Both the position numbers and the translations under genes were made by a program. From an uncultured Acidimicrobiales bacterium (GTDB taxonomy: Bacteria; Actinomycetota; Acidimicrobiia; Acidimicrobiales; SZUA-35), in the NCBI GenBank assembly GCA_937925335.1, contig CALEWY010000012.1:14137-78136 (forward strand): a stretch of 64,000 nt of DNA. The letters are read 5' to 3'. The notes beneath the pieces were generated by a model. The model was given only the letters and a program-made list of their open reading frames with translations, searched no databases and was not told the DNA's origin. Each line of letters opens with the position of its first letter. The first letter of the stretch is position 1. Positions 28,101-36,760 of the stretch are shown here, piece after piece.

Positions 28101-28631
28101 CGTGATGCGACCGTTGTTCGTGTTGCGGAAGTCAGACTCCGGTTTGTCCGACGGGGCGACGTCGAAACTTCCGGACTCACCATCGAAGAACGCAGCATTG
28201 CCCGCGTTCGGGTCGGCGGCGACGGACACGTTTGCGCCGGATCGGAAGCTCGCTTCATACGTCCAACGACCGGTGGTTGGCGGCGCGAAGTTGGCCTGCC
28301 ATTGATCGCCGCTGCCTCCGCCGGATCCATCACCGGCGTAGAAGCCGGGAACGGTGATCGATCGCGAGCCTTGCGTGAAGGTCACGTCGAGCCGGTAGTC
28401 GAGGAACGGATTGACGAGTGCAGACTCGGAGGTTTGCGGGCCCGAGAAACTCACCGTGGTGCGGTGCCATTGCATCGTGTCGCCGGAGACTGCTGCATCG
28501 TCGGCCGGCATCAGCGCAGCGATCGCAGGAACGACGTCGGTCGTTGCGATCGCCGCCCCCGAAAGCAGCGTGGCAGCGACCGCAAGGGCGCAGGTGCGAG
28601 ACCGGAACGATGAGCGGTGAGGGAAAGGCAT
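25185..28631 (-). CDS. secreted multidomain DUF5060 + GH5-like glycoside hydrolase with Pro/Thr linkers, two beta-sandwich repeats and a C-terminal CBM-like domain
   Basis: 1148 aa with a signal peptide. The DUF5060 pattern is present (WHRTTVSFSGPQTSE..NPFLDYRLDVTF..VPGFYAGDG). A TIM-barrel-like core follows. There are three (A/Q)PTT linkers and a C-terminal domain (DGVVVVESESL...HRIDRFVLY). Confidence 0.8.
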   Translation of the reverse strand: MPFPHRSSFRSRTCALAVAATLLSGAAIATTDVVPAIAALMPADDAAVSGDTMQWHRTTVSFSGPQTSESALVNPFLDYRLDVTFTQGSRSITVPGFYAGDGSGGGSGDQWQANFAPPTTGRWTYEASFRSGANVSVAADPNAGNAAFFDGESGSFDVAPSDKPESDFRNTNNGRITNTGGHYLTFEGSGDAFIKGGANIPENFLGYVGFDNTPDAGHDFDSHVGDWNPGDPDWDSPDNPGLNDGRAIIGALNYLNRTGANNIYFLPMNLGGDGRDTFPMVSETERSRYDLSKLDQWGMVFDHAQTQGIYLHIVLAETEPGNENFFDNGQLGNERRLFYRELVARFGHNLGVEWDIGEENDYGTARHREFADYLKSIDGYDNAVTTHTHTNRFEEFYGPLLGNEDFDITAFQGTQSRTDMSDLVIEWRDRSAAAGTPLVVSMDEPQPIHNDLTDTTRGYIAARRDKMWPLYMSGGGGFEWYVQQDGGGHSFDQQIDDFSILGPALTWTGYATGFFDVLPVQEMAPNHNLGSGPTGNTYVLAKPGESYAVFNDRTGSNLRLDLRGDSATYIVSWFNPRTGEYTRSGSVTGGATVDLGSAPNQTGEDWAVMLTLDGTVPPTTQAPTTQPPTTAAPTSQAPTTAAPTTGNLIDGFVLVDADSDTDIAGLTDGAVINLADVGSSITIRANAGADTSSVRFGLDGNQRFRLENVAPFALFGDTDGDYFDSWEPTLGTHTISATPYTEQGASGSAGESRTITVTIIDDATVPTTAAPTTTAPTTVPSSDISGFVLVDSNTDQDLGALVDGSVIDLSAVGSSLNVRADAAASVESVRFDLNGNRLRVENIAPYALAGDRNSDYLKWSPAPGTYTIAATPFGADGAQGTAGTTRSITVQVVRSSTSPTTQAPTTQPPTTQPPTTQAPTTQAPTTQAPTTQAPTTQPSSDGAFQAVDGVVVVESESLNAPSPWTTHTQAGRSSIKWGGSNNFGTPGNGTITVQVQIDEPGSYRFQWYNAFGEGTNPTESNDSWLRIHGDSFYGERGSSIKCPRHPLPGNDCSGPIVEGATKDGWFKIFRSGGSNGQFGWTSNTSDSDAHSVFARFDSPGTYTIEISGRSAGHRIDRFVLYRSGNGDGGDVATNTATDLSRPESPRVG

Positions 28632-28999
28632 AACGAGAACTCCTGGAGGGTGATGAATCCAAACGAGACGTGCTGTTCATGACCGACGCGTGTTTGCTTC
28701 GTGAGTCCGCGCCGATTCAGAGACGTCAACGGGCCGCCCGGCGCAGGTGTTACGGGTCGGGCAGAACTCCTCGGGCGTGTGAGGCGTTTGGCCTCACCCT
28801 TGTTGCCACATGATCAGCGACACACCCAAGGTTGATCAGTCACAGAACGTGCGGACCCAACACCGTTTGCGGCCATTACCTGTCGGTAACTTTCTCGCGA
28901 CTTTGAAGGTGCTTCGGGGGTCTGATTTCTGACGCCACAGTGACGTCGACGCGGTCGCCCACCGGCCGCAACCCCCGTATGAAGGAAGTACCCCCGACC

Positions 29000-31177
29000 A
29001 TGGCAATGTTCCAAGAACTGGGCGAGTTGTTGTCCAGCAGCGGCGACCTCGGCACAGCCTCACGAGCAATCGGTTCCGACGACGAAGGCACGCGATCCGC
29101 GCTCGCCTCGGCCGTCCCTGTTCTGCTGGGCAGCCTCGGAAAACGAACGAACAGTCCCGGAGGTGCATCAGCGCTCTTCGACCTCGTCAAGGGTCAGGAC
29201 GGATCGATTCTGACGAACCTCGGCGCTGCGTTCAGCGACAGCGACGACAGCGGCCTCAACAGCTCGTTCGTCGACGGACTCCTCGGCGGCGGCAAGGAGC
29301 AGGTCTCACAAGGTCTCTCACAACAGACCGGCCTCGGCACTGGCCAGATCGCAAAGCTCCTGCCGATGCTCGCACCGATCGTGCTGGGCTTTCTCGGGAA
29401 GAAGCAGACCGACGGCAACCTCGACCAGGCCGGACTCGTCGGCTCGTTGGCGAACGAACGAGTGGCGATGGAGTCGGCTGGCTTCGGCTCGCTCCTCGGC
29501 CTGCTCGACAGCGGTGACGCAGAAGAAGACGACCGAGGCTTCCTCGGAAGCATGGGAACCATGACCGGCCTCGGCGGACTCGCAGCCGGCACCGCAGCGG
29601 CCAGCCAACTCACCGGCCGCGCCGGTGAAGGACTGAGCGGAGCCGCTGATGGCCTTGCCGGCCGCGCCGGTGAAGGACTGAGCGGCAGCAGCGATGGACT
29701 CGCTGCGGCTCGCGGAGGAATCGACGGTGCAGCTGACAAGCTCACCGGAGGAGCTGCGGCGGCAGCAGGTGGCGTGTCCGACGGAGTCACCGGTGCGGCT
29801 GACAAGCTCGCCGGTGGCGCCGCGGCCACCGTTGGTGGAGTGGCTGGCGGAGTCACCGGCGCGGCAGGCGGCATGACCGACAAGGTCACCGGTGCGGCAG
29901 GCGGTGCAGCCGGCAAGGTGACCGGCGCGGCAGGCGGTATGACCGACAAGGTCACCGGTGCCGCTGCAGGAGTTGCTGGTGGAGTCACCGGTGCTGCAGG
30001 CGGTATGGCGGGCAAGGTGACCGGTGCGGCAAAGGCGCCCTCCACCGCAGTTCGCAACACAACCGGCGCAGCCGGAGCCGCTGTGGCAACACCCGTGATG
30101 GCTCATGACGACGACCGCAAGGGCGGGGCGCTCAAGTGGCTCCTTCCGTTGCTGCTCGTTGGAGTCATCGGCGTTGGTCTCTGGGCCGCATTCAGCGGTG
30201 GAGACGACGAGGATGTCGCAGCCACCGCCGACAACGCCGCAACAACGACCCAGCTCGAAGAGATGGCTGACGAGGTCGAAGAGATGGCCGACGAAGTCGC
30301 GATGACCGACGAAGACGGTGCTGACCACTCTGACGGCGCCGACGACGCGATGGCCGACGACGAGGCAATGGAAGACGACGAGGATGCGATGGCAGACGGA
30401 TCGGCCGACGGTTTCGTCGCCGGCAACATCCTCGACGCTGGCGACAAAGACGGTCAGGTCAGCGGGTTCTTGGGTGCGGTCTCCGCAACGGGACTCAACG
30501 CTGAACTCGACGGTGAGGGCCCACTCACGATCTTTGCTCCAAGCGACGAAGCGCTTGCCTCGCTGCCCGAGTCGATCACGAGTGATCCCGAGAAGCTCGA
30601 GCGAGTGCTTCGCAACCACGTCGTGTCCGGCGACTTCCCGGCCGATGCTCTCGTCGACGGCCCGCTCACCTCACTCGATGGATCAGACCTCAACGTTTCG
30701 CTCGGGTCCGGCAGCCCCGTGATCAACGGCGCAAACGTGGTCACCGCCAACCTCGGCGGCGGCAACGGAACGATGCACGTGATCGATCGGGTTCTCCTCC
30801 CAGCCGATTTGATCAGCGCTGCTGGCGGCTCGCTCAATGAGGCGCTTGGCATCCAGCCGATCAACTTCGAAGTGGGATCAGCCGTGATCACCGCAGACAG
30901 CACCGCGGTCCTCGACGGTGCCGCTGACTTCCTCATCACAAACGGAACGGTCGTTGAGATCGCCGGTCACACCGATGCTGATGGCAACGATGCATCGAAC
31001 CTCGCACTGAGCCAGGCTCGGGCCGAGTCGGTCATGGCCTACCTCACCGAGAAGGGTGTAGCCGCCGAGAACATGACGGCGGTTGGCTACGGCGAGACCG
31101 AGCCGATCGCGAGCAACGACACGCCAGAGGGCAAGGCGGAGAACCGCCGCATCGAGTTCGTCGCCTCGGCGAGCTAA
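29000..31177 (+). CDS. DUF937 - Gly/Ala repeat - TM - acidic region - fasciclin (FAS1) - OmpA_C mosaic protein
   Basis: SD AAGGAAG precedes ATG 29000. The segments are DUF937-like (LLGSLGKR...LLPMLAPIVLGFLGKKQ), FAS1 (PLTIFAPSDEA...GTMHVIDRVLLP) and OmpA_C (GHTDADGNDASNLALSQARAESV...NRRIEFV). Confidence 0.8.
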   Translation: MAMFQELGELLSSSGDLGTASRAIGSDDEGTRSALASAVPVLLGSLGKRTNSPGGASALFDLVKGQDGSILTNLGAAFSDSDDSGLNSSFVDGLLGGGKEQVSQGLSQQTGLGTGQIAKLLPMLAPIVLGFLGKKQTDGNLDQAGLVGSLANERVAMESAGFGSLLGLLDSGDAEEDDRGFLGSMGTMTGLGGLAAGTAAASQLTGRAGEGLSGAADGLAGRAGEGLSGSSDGLAAARGGIDGAADKLTGGAAAAAGGVSDGVTGAADKLAGGAAATVGGVAGGVTGAAGGMTDKVTGAAGGAAGKVTGAAGGMTDKVTGAAAGVAGGVTGAAGGMAGKVTGAAKAPSTAVRNTTGAAGAAVATPVMAHDDDRKGGALKWLLPLLLVGVIGVGLWAAFSGGDDEDVAATADNAATTTQLEEMADEVEEMADEVAMTDEDGADHSDGADDAMADDEAMEDDEDAMADGSADGFVAGNILDAGDKDGQVSGFLGAVSATGLNAELDGEGPLTIFAPSDEALASLPESITSDPEKLERVLRNHVVSGDFPADALVDGPLTSLDGSDLNVSLGSGSPVINGANVVTANLGGGNGTMHVIDRVLLPADLISAAGGSLNEALGIQPINFEVGSAVITADSTAVLDGAADFLITNGTVVEIAGHTDADGNDASNLALSQARAESVMAYLTEKGVAAENMTAVGYGETEPIASNDTPEGKAENRRIEFVASAS
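29615..30035. repeat. in-frame tandem repeats (about 45-bp and about 36-bp periods) encoding GRAGEGLSG and GAAGGMTDKVTG units
   Basis: ggccgcgccggtgaaggactgagcgg occurs at 29615 and 29660. ggcggtatgaccgacaaggtcaccggtgc-type units recur between 29860 and 30035. Confidence 0.8.
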
Positions 31178-31259
31178 CGCATCGGATCGCTCCGCTGATT
31201 CCAGCGCAACGCGATCCACACAACCTGCTCTCGGCACCGACGCCGGGAGCGAAGACCGA

Positions 31260-31294
31260 ACGGCCCCCGCATCGCTGCTGCGGGGGCCGTTTCG
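31260..31294 (+). terminator. candidate intrinsic terminator
   Basis: Perfect 12-bp stem (acggcccccgca / tgcgggggccgt) with a 7-nt loop, 83 nt after the stop of the OmpA-domain gene. The T-tract is weak (ttcg). Confidence 0.45.
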
Positions 31295-31401
31295 CGTCTG
31301 AGGTCGGCTGCGAAGGACTGTTGTGCGAGTTCGAATGTCACAACATTCGGCTCTGCGCGTAGTGTCGGCTCACGTCGAGAACACGCAAAGAGGGGCACAC
31401 C

Positions 31402-32463
31402 TTGTCTGGACAGGAACCGTCGCAGCATCCACTCGTACTGGCGGGCCAGTACGGGTCGCCGTACTCGCTCAAAATGCGCGCCGTGTTGCGCTATCGCCAC
31501 ATCCCGTTTCGATGGGTGTTGCGCGACTCCAAATGGGACGACCTTCCGAAGCCGCCGGTTCCGATCATCCCCGTGATCGTTTATCCGAACGACGAGGGTG
31601 GTCACGGTGAAGCGACCGTCGACTCGTCTCCCCAAATCACGAGGCTCGAGGGTGAGTTCGAGGGCCGCAGCGTCCAGCCGCCCGACCCGGCTCTGGCCTT
31701 CATCGATCTCCTGATTGAAGACTTTGGCGACGAGTGGGTCACCAAGGCGATGTATCACTATCGCTGGGCCTACGAAGAGGACATCGACAAGGCCGGCAAC
31801 CTGCTCCCCCTCTCACGCAACCTGCAGATGAGCAGTGATGAGGGTCAGAAGATGTACGAGTACATCACCCAACGCCAGATCGGTCGGCGCGAGCTCGTTG
31901 GGTCGACCGAGTTGAACCAACCGATCATCGAAGGTTCCTACGAGCGCTTGCTCGACATCCTGATGGAGCAGTTCGCCACCCACGACTTCTTGTTGGGCGA
32001 TCGCCCTGGACGTGGCGACTTTGGGATCTACGGCCAGTTCACACAACTCGTGAAGTGGGACCCGACATCGATGGCGATCGCAACGAAGCGAGGCCCGAAG
32101 ACGCTCAACTGGGTCGATCGAATGGATGATCTGAGCTGGCTTCCCGTCGACGGTGATGACGGTTGGGTCACGCTCGAAGCGCTCCCCAAAGCAACGAAGG
32201 CGCTCCTGGCCGAGGCAGGCAGGACCTACGCGCCGTTCATGGTCGCCAACGCCAAAGCACTCGCCACCGGCGATGCCGAGATGAGCTGCTCGATCGCCGG
32301 CCTCGACGGTGGAGAAGCGCAGACCTACCGACAGGGCCCGTTCGCCTATCAGGGCAAGTGTTTGATGTGGCTTCGTGAGGCCTACGAGGCGCTCGAGCCG
32401 TCCGACCGGGAACGAGTCGATGCCGCCCTCGCAGGCACGGGTTGTGAGGTGTTGTTCGCGTAG
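31402..32463 (+). CDS. glutathione S-transferase family protein
   Basis: TTG start. GST_N-like start YGSPYSLKMRAVLRYRHIPFRWV and a long GST_C-like helical domain. Confidence 0.75.
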   Translation: MSGQEPSQHPLVLAGQYGSPYSLKMRAVLRYRHIPFRWVLRDSKWDDLPKPPVPIIPVIVYPNDEGGHGEATVDSSPQITRLEGEFEGRSVQPPDPALAFIDLLIEDFGDEWVTKAMYHYRWAYEEDIDKAGNLLPLSRNLQMSSDEGQKMYEYITQRQIGRRELVGSTELNQPIIEGSYERLLDILMEQFATHDFLLGDRPGRGDFGIYGQFTQLVKWDPTSMAIATKRGPKTLNWVDRMDDLSWLPVDGDDGWVTLEALPKATKALLAEAGRTYAPFMVANAKALATGDAEMSCSIAGLDGGEAQTYRQGPFAYQGKCLMWLREAYEALEPSDRERVDAALAGTGCEVLFA

Positions 32464-32603
32464 GTTTGGACGCGAGAACTGACCCAGCGCGCCGAAGTGT
32501 TGGTGATCCAGACTGAGGCATGCCATCACTGCTCGTCACCGGCCACGACGCCACCGCCGCCCTTGGGTTGGCGAAGCGATCGTTCGTCGAATGACCCGAG
32601 CGG

Positions 32604-33413
32604 GTGACGCACCGAGCAACGCTCTGCCATAACGTCGCTTCGGTGGCCTTCCCCATTGCAGAACGTTGGTTTGAACGATCGACCGTCGATGACGACATCA
32701 CGCTCATCTGGGAGCCGCACGTCATCGAGCTCATGCGGTGCAACATCTGGCACGTGAAGGGCCGAGATCGCGATCTCATCGTCGACACGGGCATGGGTGT
32801 TGGCAGCATCGTCGACGAGCTCCAGGACTTGCTCGACAAACCCGTCACCGCCGTTGCCACACATGGCCACGGTGATCACATTGGCTCGCACTACGAGTTT
32901 GATGAGGTGCTCGTTCATCCTGCTGAGGCGAACGACGTCAGCAACCCCTTGCTCGATTCGCTGCACATCGTGGAGGCGTGGGGCCAGGAGACCGTCGATG
33001 GGCTCGCTCGGGCGGGTTATGAGATGAACGAGGAGTACTTCGTTCGGGCACTTCCTGCCGGCATGGCGCTCGAGGGTTTCCGTCAGCGCCCCGCCACGAT
33101 CACTGGCCTGATCGACGAAGGTGATGTTGTCAGCACGGGCGATCGTCACTTCGAAGTGCTGCATCTACCAGGTCATTCACCCGGCTCGATCGGCCTCTGG
33201 GAGGAGGCGACCGGCACGCTGATGTCTGGTGACGCCATCTACGACGGGCCGCTGTTGGACGAACTCGAAGATTCCAACATCGCCGACTACTGCGCAACGA
33301 TGGAACGGCTGATGAAGCTGCCGGTCACAGTTGTGCACGGTGGCCATGATCCAAGCTTCGGACGAGATCGGTTGCGCGAAATCGCTCGCAGCTACCTTCA
33401 GCGGCGCGGCTAG
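32604..33413 (+). CDS. MBL-fold metallo-hydrolase
   Basis: HGHGDH metal motif (ATHGHGDHIGS) with later HLPGHSPGS and GGHD motifs. The start is uncertain. Confidence 0.8.
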   Translation: MTHRATLCHNVASVAFPIAERWFERSTVDDDITLIWEPHVIELMRCNIWHVKGRDRDLIVDTGMGVGSIVDELQDLLDKPVTAVATHGHGDHIGSHYEFDEVLVHPAEANDVSNPLLDSLHIVEAWGQETVDGLARAGYEMNEEYFVRALPAGMALEGFRQRPATITGLIDEGDVVSTGDRHFEVLHLPGHSPGSIGLWEEATGTLMSGDAIYDGPLLDELEDSNIADYCATMERLMKLPVTVVHGGHDPSFGRDRLREIARSYLQRRG

Positions 33414-33463
33414 CCAGCTGGTGCGATACTGCGGCGCCGGTATCCCGAAGCTGAAGGAACAAC

Positions 33464-34456
33464 GTGAGTGAACTCATAGGACTCGACGAGATCGAACAGG
33501 TCACCACGCAAGCACTCGTTCGCCATGGTGCATCGGTGGCAGTCGCCGGCCAGGTCGCCCATGCGGTTCGAATCGCTGAGGCAAAGGGCAACCGCATCTG
33601 CGGCCTCTACTACCTGGAGAGCTACTGCAAGCAGCTCGAGACGGGGCGAGTGCTCGGCGACGTTGCGCCAGAGGTGATCCACGAGCGTCCGGGGACGGTG
33701 CGAGTCGACGCCAAGTTCGGTTTCGCACAAGCCGCATTTGCTGCGGGGGTCGACACCGCGCTGGCTGCCGCACGCGCCAACGGAACGTGTGCGTTTGCGA
33801 TCGAACACAGCCATACATGCACGTCGCTCGGATACTTCACCGAACAGCTCGCCGAGGCTGGAATGATCGCTCTCGGCTTCACCAACTCGTCCGCCCGTGT
33901 CGCGGCGCCAGGTGGCACCACCCGCCTGCTCGGCACCAACCCCATGGCCATGGCGGTGCCGAATCGAGACGGCGGCATCGCTTTCCAGTTCGACTTCAGC
34001 ACGAGCGCGATCGCTCTCGGCAAGATCACGATGGCCAACGCTGCGGGGGAATCGATTCCGCTCGGCTGGGCCGTCGATGCTGATGGCAACGACACGACCG
34101 ATCCGGCCGCTGCTCTCGAAGGCTCGATGCTTTCAGCCGGCGGCTACAAGGGGTTCGGCCTCGGCCTCATGGTTGAGGTACTCGCCGCGGCGTTGACGTC
34201 GTCGATCGCCAGCGTCGACATGGCGCCGCTCAAAACCCCCGAAGGCCCACATCACGACATCGGTCAGTTCTACTTGCTGATCGATCCCGCCAGCTTCAGC
34301 GGCGATGCCTTCTTCGACTCGATCGAGCGCCTCGCCGCCGCCGTCGAAGCCGACCCAGACGCCCGGCTTCCCGGCACCAGCTTCACCATGCCCGACGCCG
34401 TCGAACTCGAACCGCACGTGTGGACGGCAACTCAAGACCTCGCCGGCAACCGCTAG
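33464..34456 (+). CDS. Ldh_2 family (malate/L-lactate/sulfolactate) dehydrogenase
   Basis: GTG start. Motifs include HSHTCTSLGYF, LGTNPMAMAVP and GGYKGFGLGLMVE. Confidence 0.8.
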   Translation: MSELIGLDEIEQVTTQALVRHGASVAVAGQVAHAVRIAEAKGNRICGLYYLESYCKQLETGRVLGDVAPEVIHERPGTVRVDAKFGFAQAAFAAGVDTALAAARANGTCAFAIEHSHTCTSLGYFTEQLAEAGMIALGFTNSSARVAAPGGTTRLLGTNPMAMAVPNRDGGIAFQFDFSTSAIALGKITMANAAGESIPLGWAVDADGNDTTDPAAALEGSMLSAGGYKGFGLGLMVEVLAAALTSSIASVDMAPLKTPEGPHHDIGQFYLLIDPASFSGDAFFDSIERLAAAVEADPDARLPGTSFTMPDAVELEPHVWTATQDLAGNR

Positions 34457-34554
34457 CGGTCAGGTACCAATTCGATAGAGGTTGGTCGACCGTTTGATCA
34501 CCACCGGCCGCTTCATGGCCGTTCGATCACCGCCGTTCGGTCAGGACCGTTCGG

Positions 34555-35016
34555 TCATGGCCGTTCGATGGCAACAGCCCAACAACCGCGCTCGGCGTTG
34601 TGCACGTGCAGGTGGGTGGAGTTCGGGTCGGCGAAGAACCGTTCGATCATCGCTTCGAGATCGCCGCCGTCGATCACCGACGCCGCAATCATCATCTCGT
34701 CGGAATCGAACGACCGAACGGACAGCTGCCTGATCGTGAGCTGGTCGGGCAATCGCTCGTTCGCCGCCACCACGTCGATCGTGCAGGTCTCTCGATGGAT
34801 GAAGATCGGGCTCGCTGATCGATACGGACTGTCACCGTCGAATGGATCATGCGAGACGAGGATCAACTCCTCGCCGATGTCTGCATCTCGAAGACACTGA
34901 CGACACGGATAGCCGGGGTTCGAATCAGCGACGTACACCTCGCCACCTGTAGCCCGAAACCGCTCGGCTGCATCGTTGGGGATCGGCTTCAGGACATAGC
35001 TCTGGGTGCTCAACAT
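34555..35016 (-). CDS. DUF1203 domain protein
   Basis: 153 aa with the NPGYPCRQCL motif. Confidence 0.7.
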   Translation of the reverse strand: MLSTQSYVLKPIPNDAAERFRATGGEVYVADSNPGYPCRQCLRDADIGEELILVSHDPFDGDSPYRSASPIFIHRETCTIDVVAANERLPDQLTIRQLSVRSFDSDEMMIAASVIDGGDLEAMIERFFADPNSTHLHVHNAERGCWAVAIERP

Positions 35017-35074
35017 GTCTTCATCCTGTGCGTTCCGCGGTCCATCGACCGGCGGGAATCAGACAGCCAGAAGT

Positions 35075-35731
35075 TCAGCGGTCTTGCCAGGTGCAGACAC
35101 ATGCTTCGTTGCCATCAGCATCGGCAAGAACCCAAAAGGCTCGGGCTCGTTCGTCGCTCACGAGCGTTCCCCCAGCTTCGATCGCTGCGCCAACGCGGGC
35201 CTCGGCTTGATCGTGGGGAACCGACACGTCGAGGTGGAATCGGTTGCGCTCGGTTCGAGGTTCATCCATCTGTTGAAACCAGAGCGACGGACCCATGTTG
35301 GCCGGATCAACGAGCGATCCGTGGCGCTCGGTGTAGCCAAGAACCGCTGCCCAGAACGGCCGAATCTGATCCGCATCCATCGTGTCGATCGCAAACTCGA
35401 CCGCTTGGGGCCGAGACGGTTCAGCCACGGCACCAACCGCGGCGGCGAGAGCTGAGATTTCCTGCGCCAAGTTCACGTCTGCATCGGAGATTCCGCCGAC
35501 GTCGTGCGTCGAAAGGAGCACCATCACGCGCCCCGGCCACCGGAGTGAGACGTCGGGATGGTGGTCGGCAACATCGGCCGCCTCGGCGATCTTCGCCACG
35601 AGAGCTCCACCGCCGGCATAGGAATCGGCGACGAATTCGGCGCGAATCTCACCGAGCACAAAGCGCCAGTCGGCGAGTGATTCATCAGCAGCGATGTCGG
35701 CGGGCGAGACAGCGGTGTAACGGCTCATCAC
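35075..35731 (-). CDS. pterin-4a-carbinolamine dehydratase-like domain fused to a VOC/glyoxalase-like domain
   Basis: The N-terminal half has ADHHPDVSLRW (PCD signature). The C-terminal half reads FWAAVLGY...RNRFHLDV...FWVLADADGNEACV. Confidence 0.75.
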   Translation of the reverse strand: MMSRYTAVSPADIAADESLADWRFVLGEIRAEFVADSYAGGGALVAKIAEAADVADHHPDVSLRWPGRVMVLLSTHDVGGISDADVNLAQEISALAAAVGAVAEPSRPQAVEFAIDTMDADQIRPFWAAVLGYTERHGSLVDPANMGPSLWFQQMDEPRTERNRFHLDVSVPHDQAEARVGAAIEAGGTLVSDERARAFWVLADADGNEACVCTWQDR

Positions 35732-35737
35732 AAAAGA

Positions 35738-36712
35738 CTAGGGCCCCGCCTCGACCCACGCTTCTGGCGTCGCCGGCTCGAGTGTCGCGAGGAACGCTTC
35801 GAGTTCTTCAACCGTCGGTTGTCCAGCCGATTCAGTGCACGCTCGGGCACTGCTCAGAATCCACGCGCCCGATGGTCGAGTCACATCGATGCGGCCGAGC
35901 GCCGTCTGGCCCTCTTCACACTCACGACCCGATGTCACCCTGGTCACGGAGCTCCCGTCATCAAGAGATGCAAGGGGTTCGCAGGTTTGAGAATCCAAGC
36001 AATCAAACGTGCGCAAACCTGCGTTGAGCTCGAGCTCGAACCCCGTGTCGGTGACGACATTGATGTCGACGTCACTGATCGCATAGCTCCCAACAGATCG
36101 GTCGTACTCCACGACCTGCCACCCTGGGAGTGTTGCAGCGAGTGCGTCTTCGTTCACCACTGCAAGAGGGATCCCGCTCTCCTCGAGGCGGTTGGCGAAA
36201 GCGTTGTTCCGGTTCGCCAGACCGGCGACCGTCGCCGCGCCCACGAGCACTACCGAGAACAGGAGCGCAAGGCCCCTCGGAAGCGATGGAGACTCTCCGA
36301 CACCAAAGATCAGGCCGAGGAACACGAGGCACGACACCGCAATGCCCACGATTGGGCCGAGCGCCGGATAGCCGTTCGATGCTGCGCCGACGTCAACGAT
36401 CCAACCCGCGATGAGGCCAGCCGGAAGCCACGCACCGGCCAAGAGGCGCGAAAACGGTCGATGGTTGCGACCACGAGTCAGCAGCCAACCGCCGGCCAAA
36501 CAGCCGATGAAAAATCCGAGAGCGAAGCCGATCAACATGCCGTAGAGGCCGGGAAGAGCTTCGGTATCGGTCCCTCGGTTTCGGTCAGAAATCAAGAACC
36601 CGGCGAAGACTCCGACGATGCCGCACACCACTGCGAACGCAAGGCCAAGAATCGGACTGACAAGCGCTGGAGCAACGATCGATCGCTGCTCGTCGGATCG
36701 AACCTGTGCCAT
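35738..36712 (-). CDS. hypothetical polytopic membrane protein with extracytoplasmic C-terminal domain
   Basis: ATG 36712 is preceded by a GGGAGGAGGAG SD. There are about 6 hydrophobic helices. Confidence 0.55.
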   Translation of the reverse strand: MAQVRSDEQRSIVAPALVSPILGLAFAVVCGIVGVFAGFLISDRNRGTDTEALPGLYGMLIGFALGFFIGCLAGGWLLTRGRNHRPFSRLLAGAWLPAGLIAGWIVDVGAASNGYPALGPIVGIAVSCLVFLGLIFGVGESPSLPRGLALLFSVVLVGAATVAGLANRNNAFANRLEESGIPLAVVNEDALAATLPGWQVVEYDRSVGSYAISDVDINVVTDTGFELELNAGLRTFDCLDSQTCEPLASLDDGSSVTRVTSGRECEEGQTALGRIDVTRPSGAWILSSARACTESAGQPTVEELEAFLATLEPATPEAWVEAGP

Positions 36713-36760
36713 CTCGCTCCTCCTCCCGAGCTCAATCGGGTGCAATACAAGCTCGGGTCT

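Noticed and set aside
26244-28613. 789-aa plus-strand ORF
   Set aside because: It is antisense to the well-supported DUF5060/GH gene. Its composition is Arg/Val/Gly/Glu-rich with no motifs. Long antisense ORFs like this are a typical artefact of high GC3 on the true strand.
28632-28999. ECF-type promoter upstream of the hydrolase gene, plus several small hairpins (gtgaggc-gttt-gcctcac; ttacc-tgtc-ggtaa)
   Set aside because: I could not find a convincing GGAAC-N16/17-CGT-type pair at proper spacing. The hairpins are short and could arise by chance in GC-rich DNA.
29194-30619. 288-aa and 433-aa minus-strand ORFs
   Set aside because: Both are antisense to the DUF937-FAS1-OmpA gene. Their Pro/Ala/Ser- or Cys/Arg-rich low-complexity translations mirror the Gly/Ala repeat tract.
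31174-31758. 194-aa minus-strand ORF
   Set aside because: It overlaps the terminator hairpin and the GST gene start. It is Arg-rich with no motifs, and the plus-strand GST frame is better supported.
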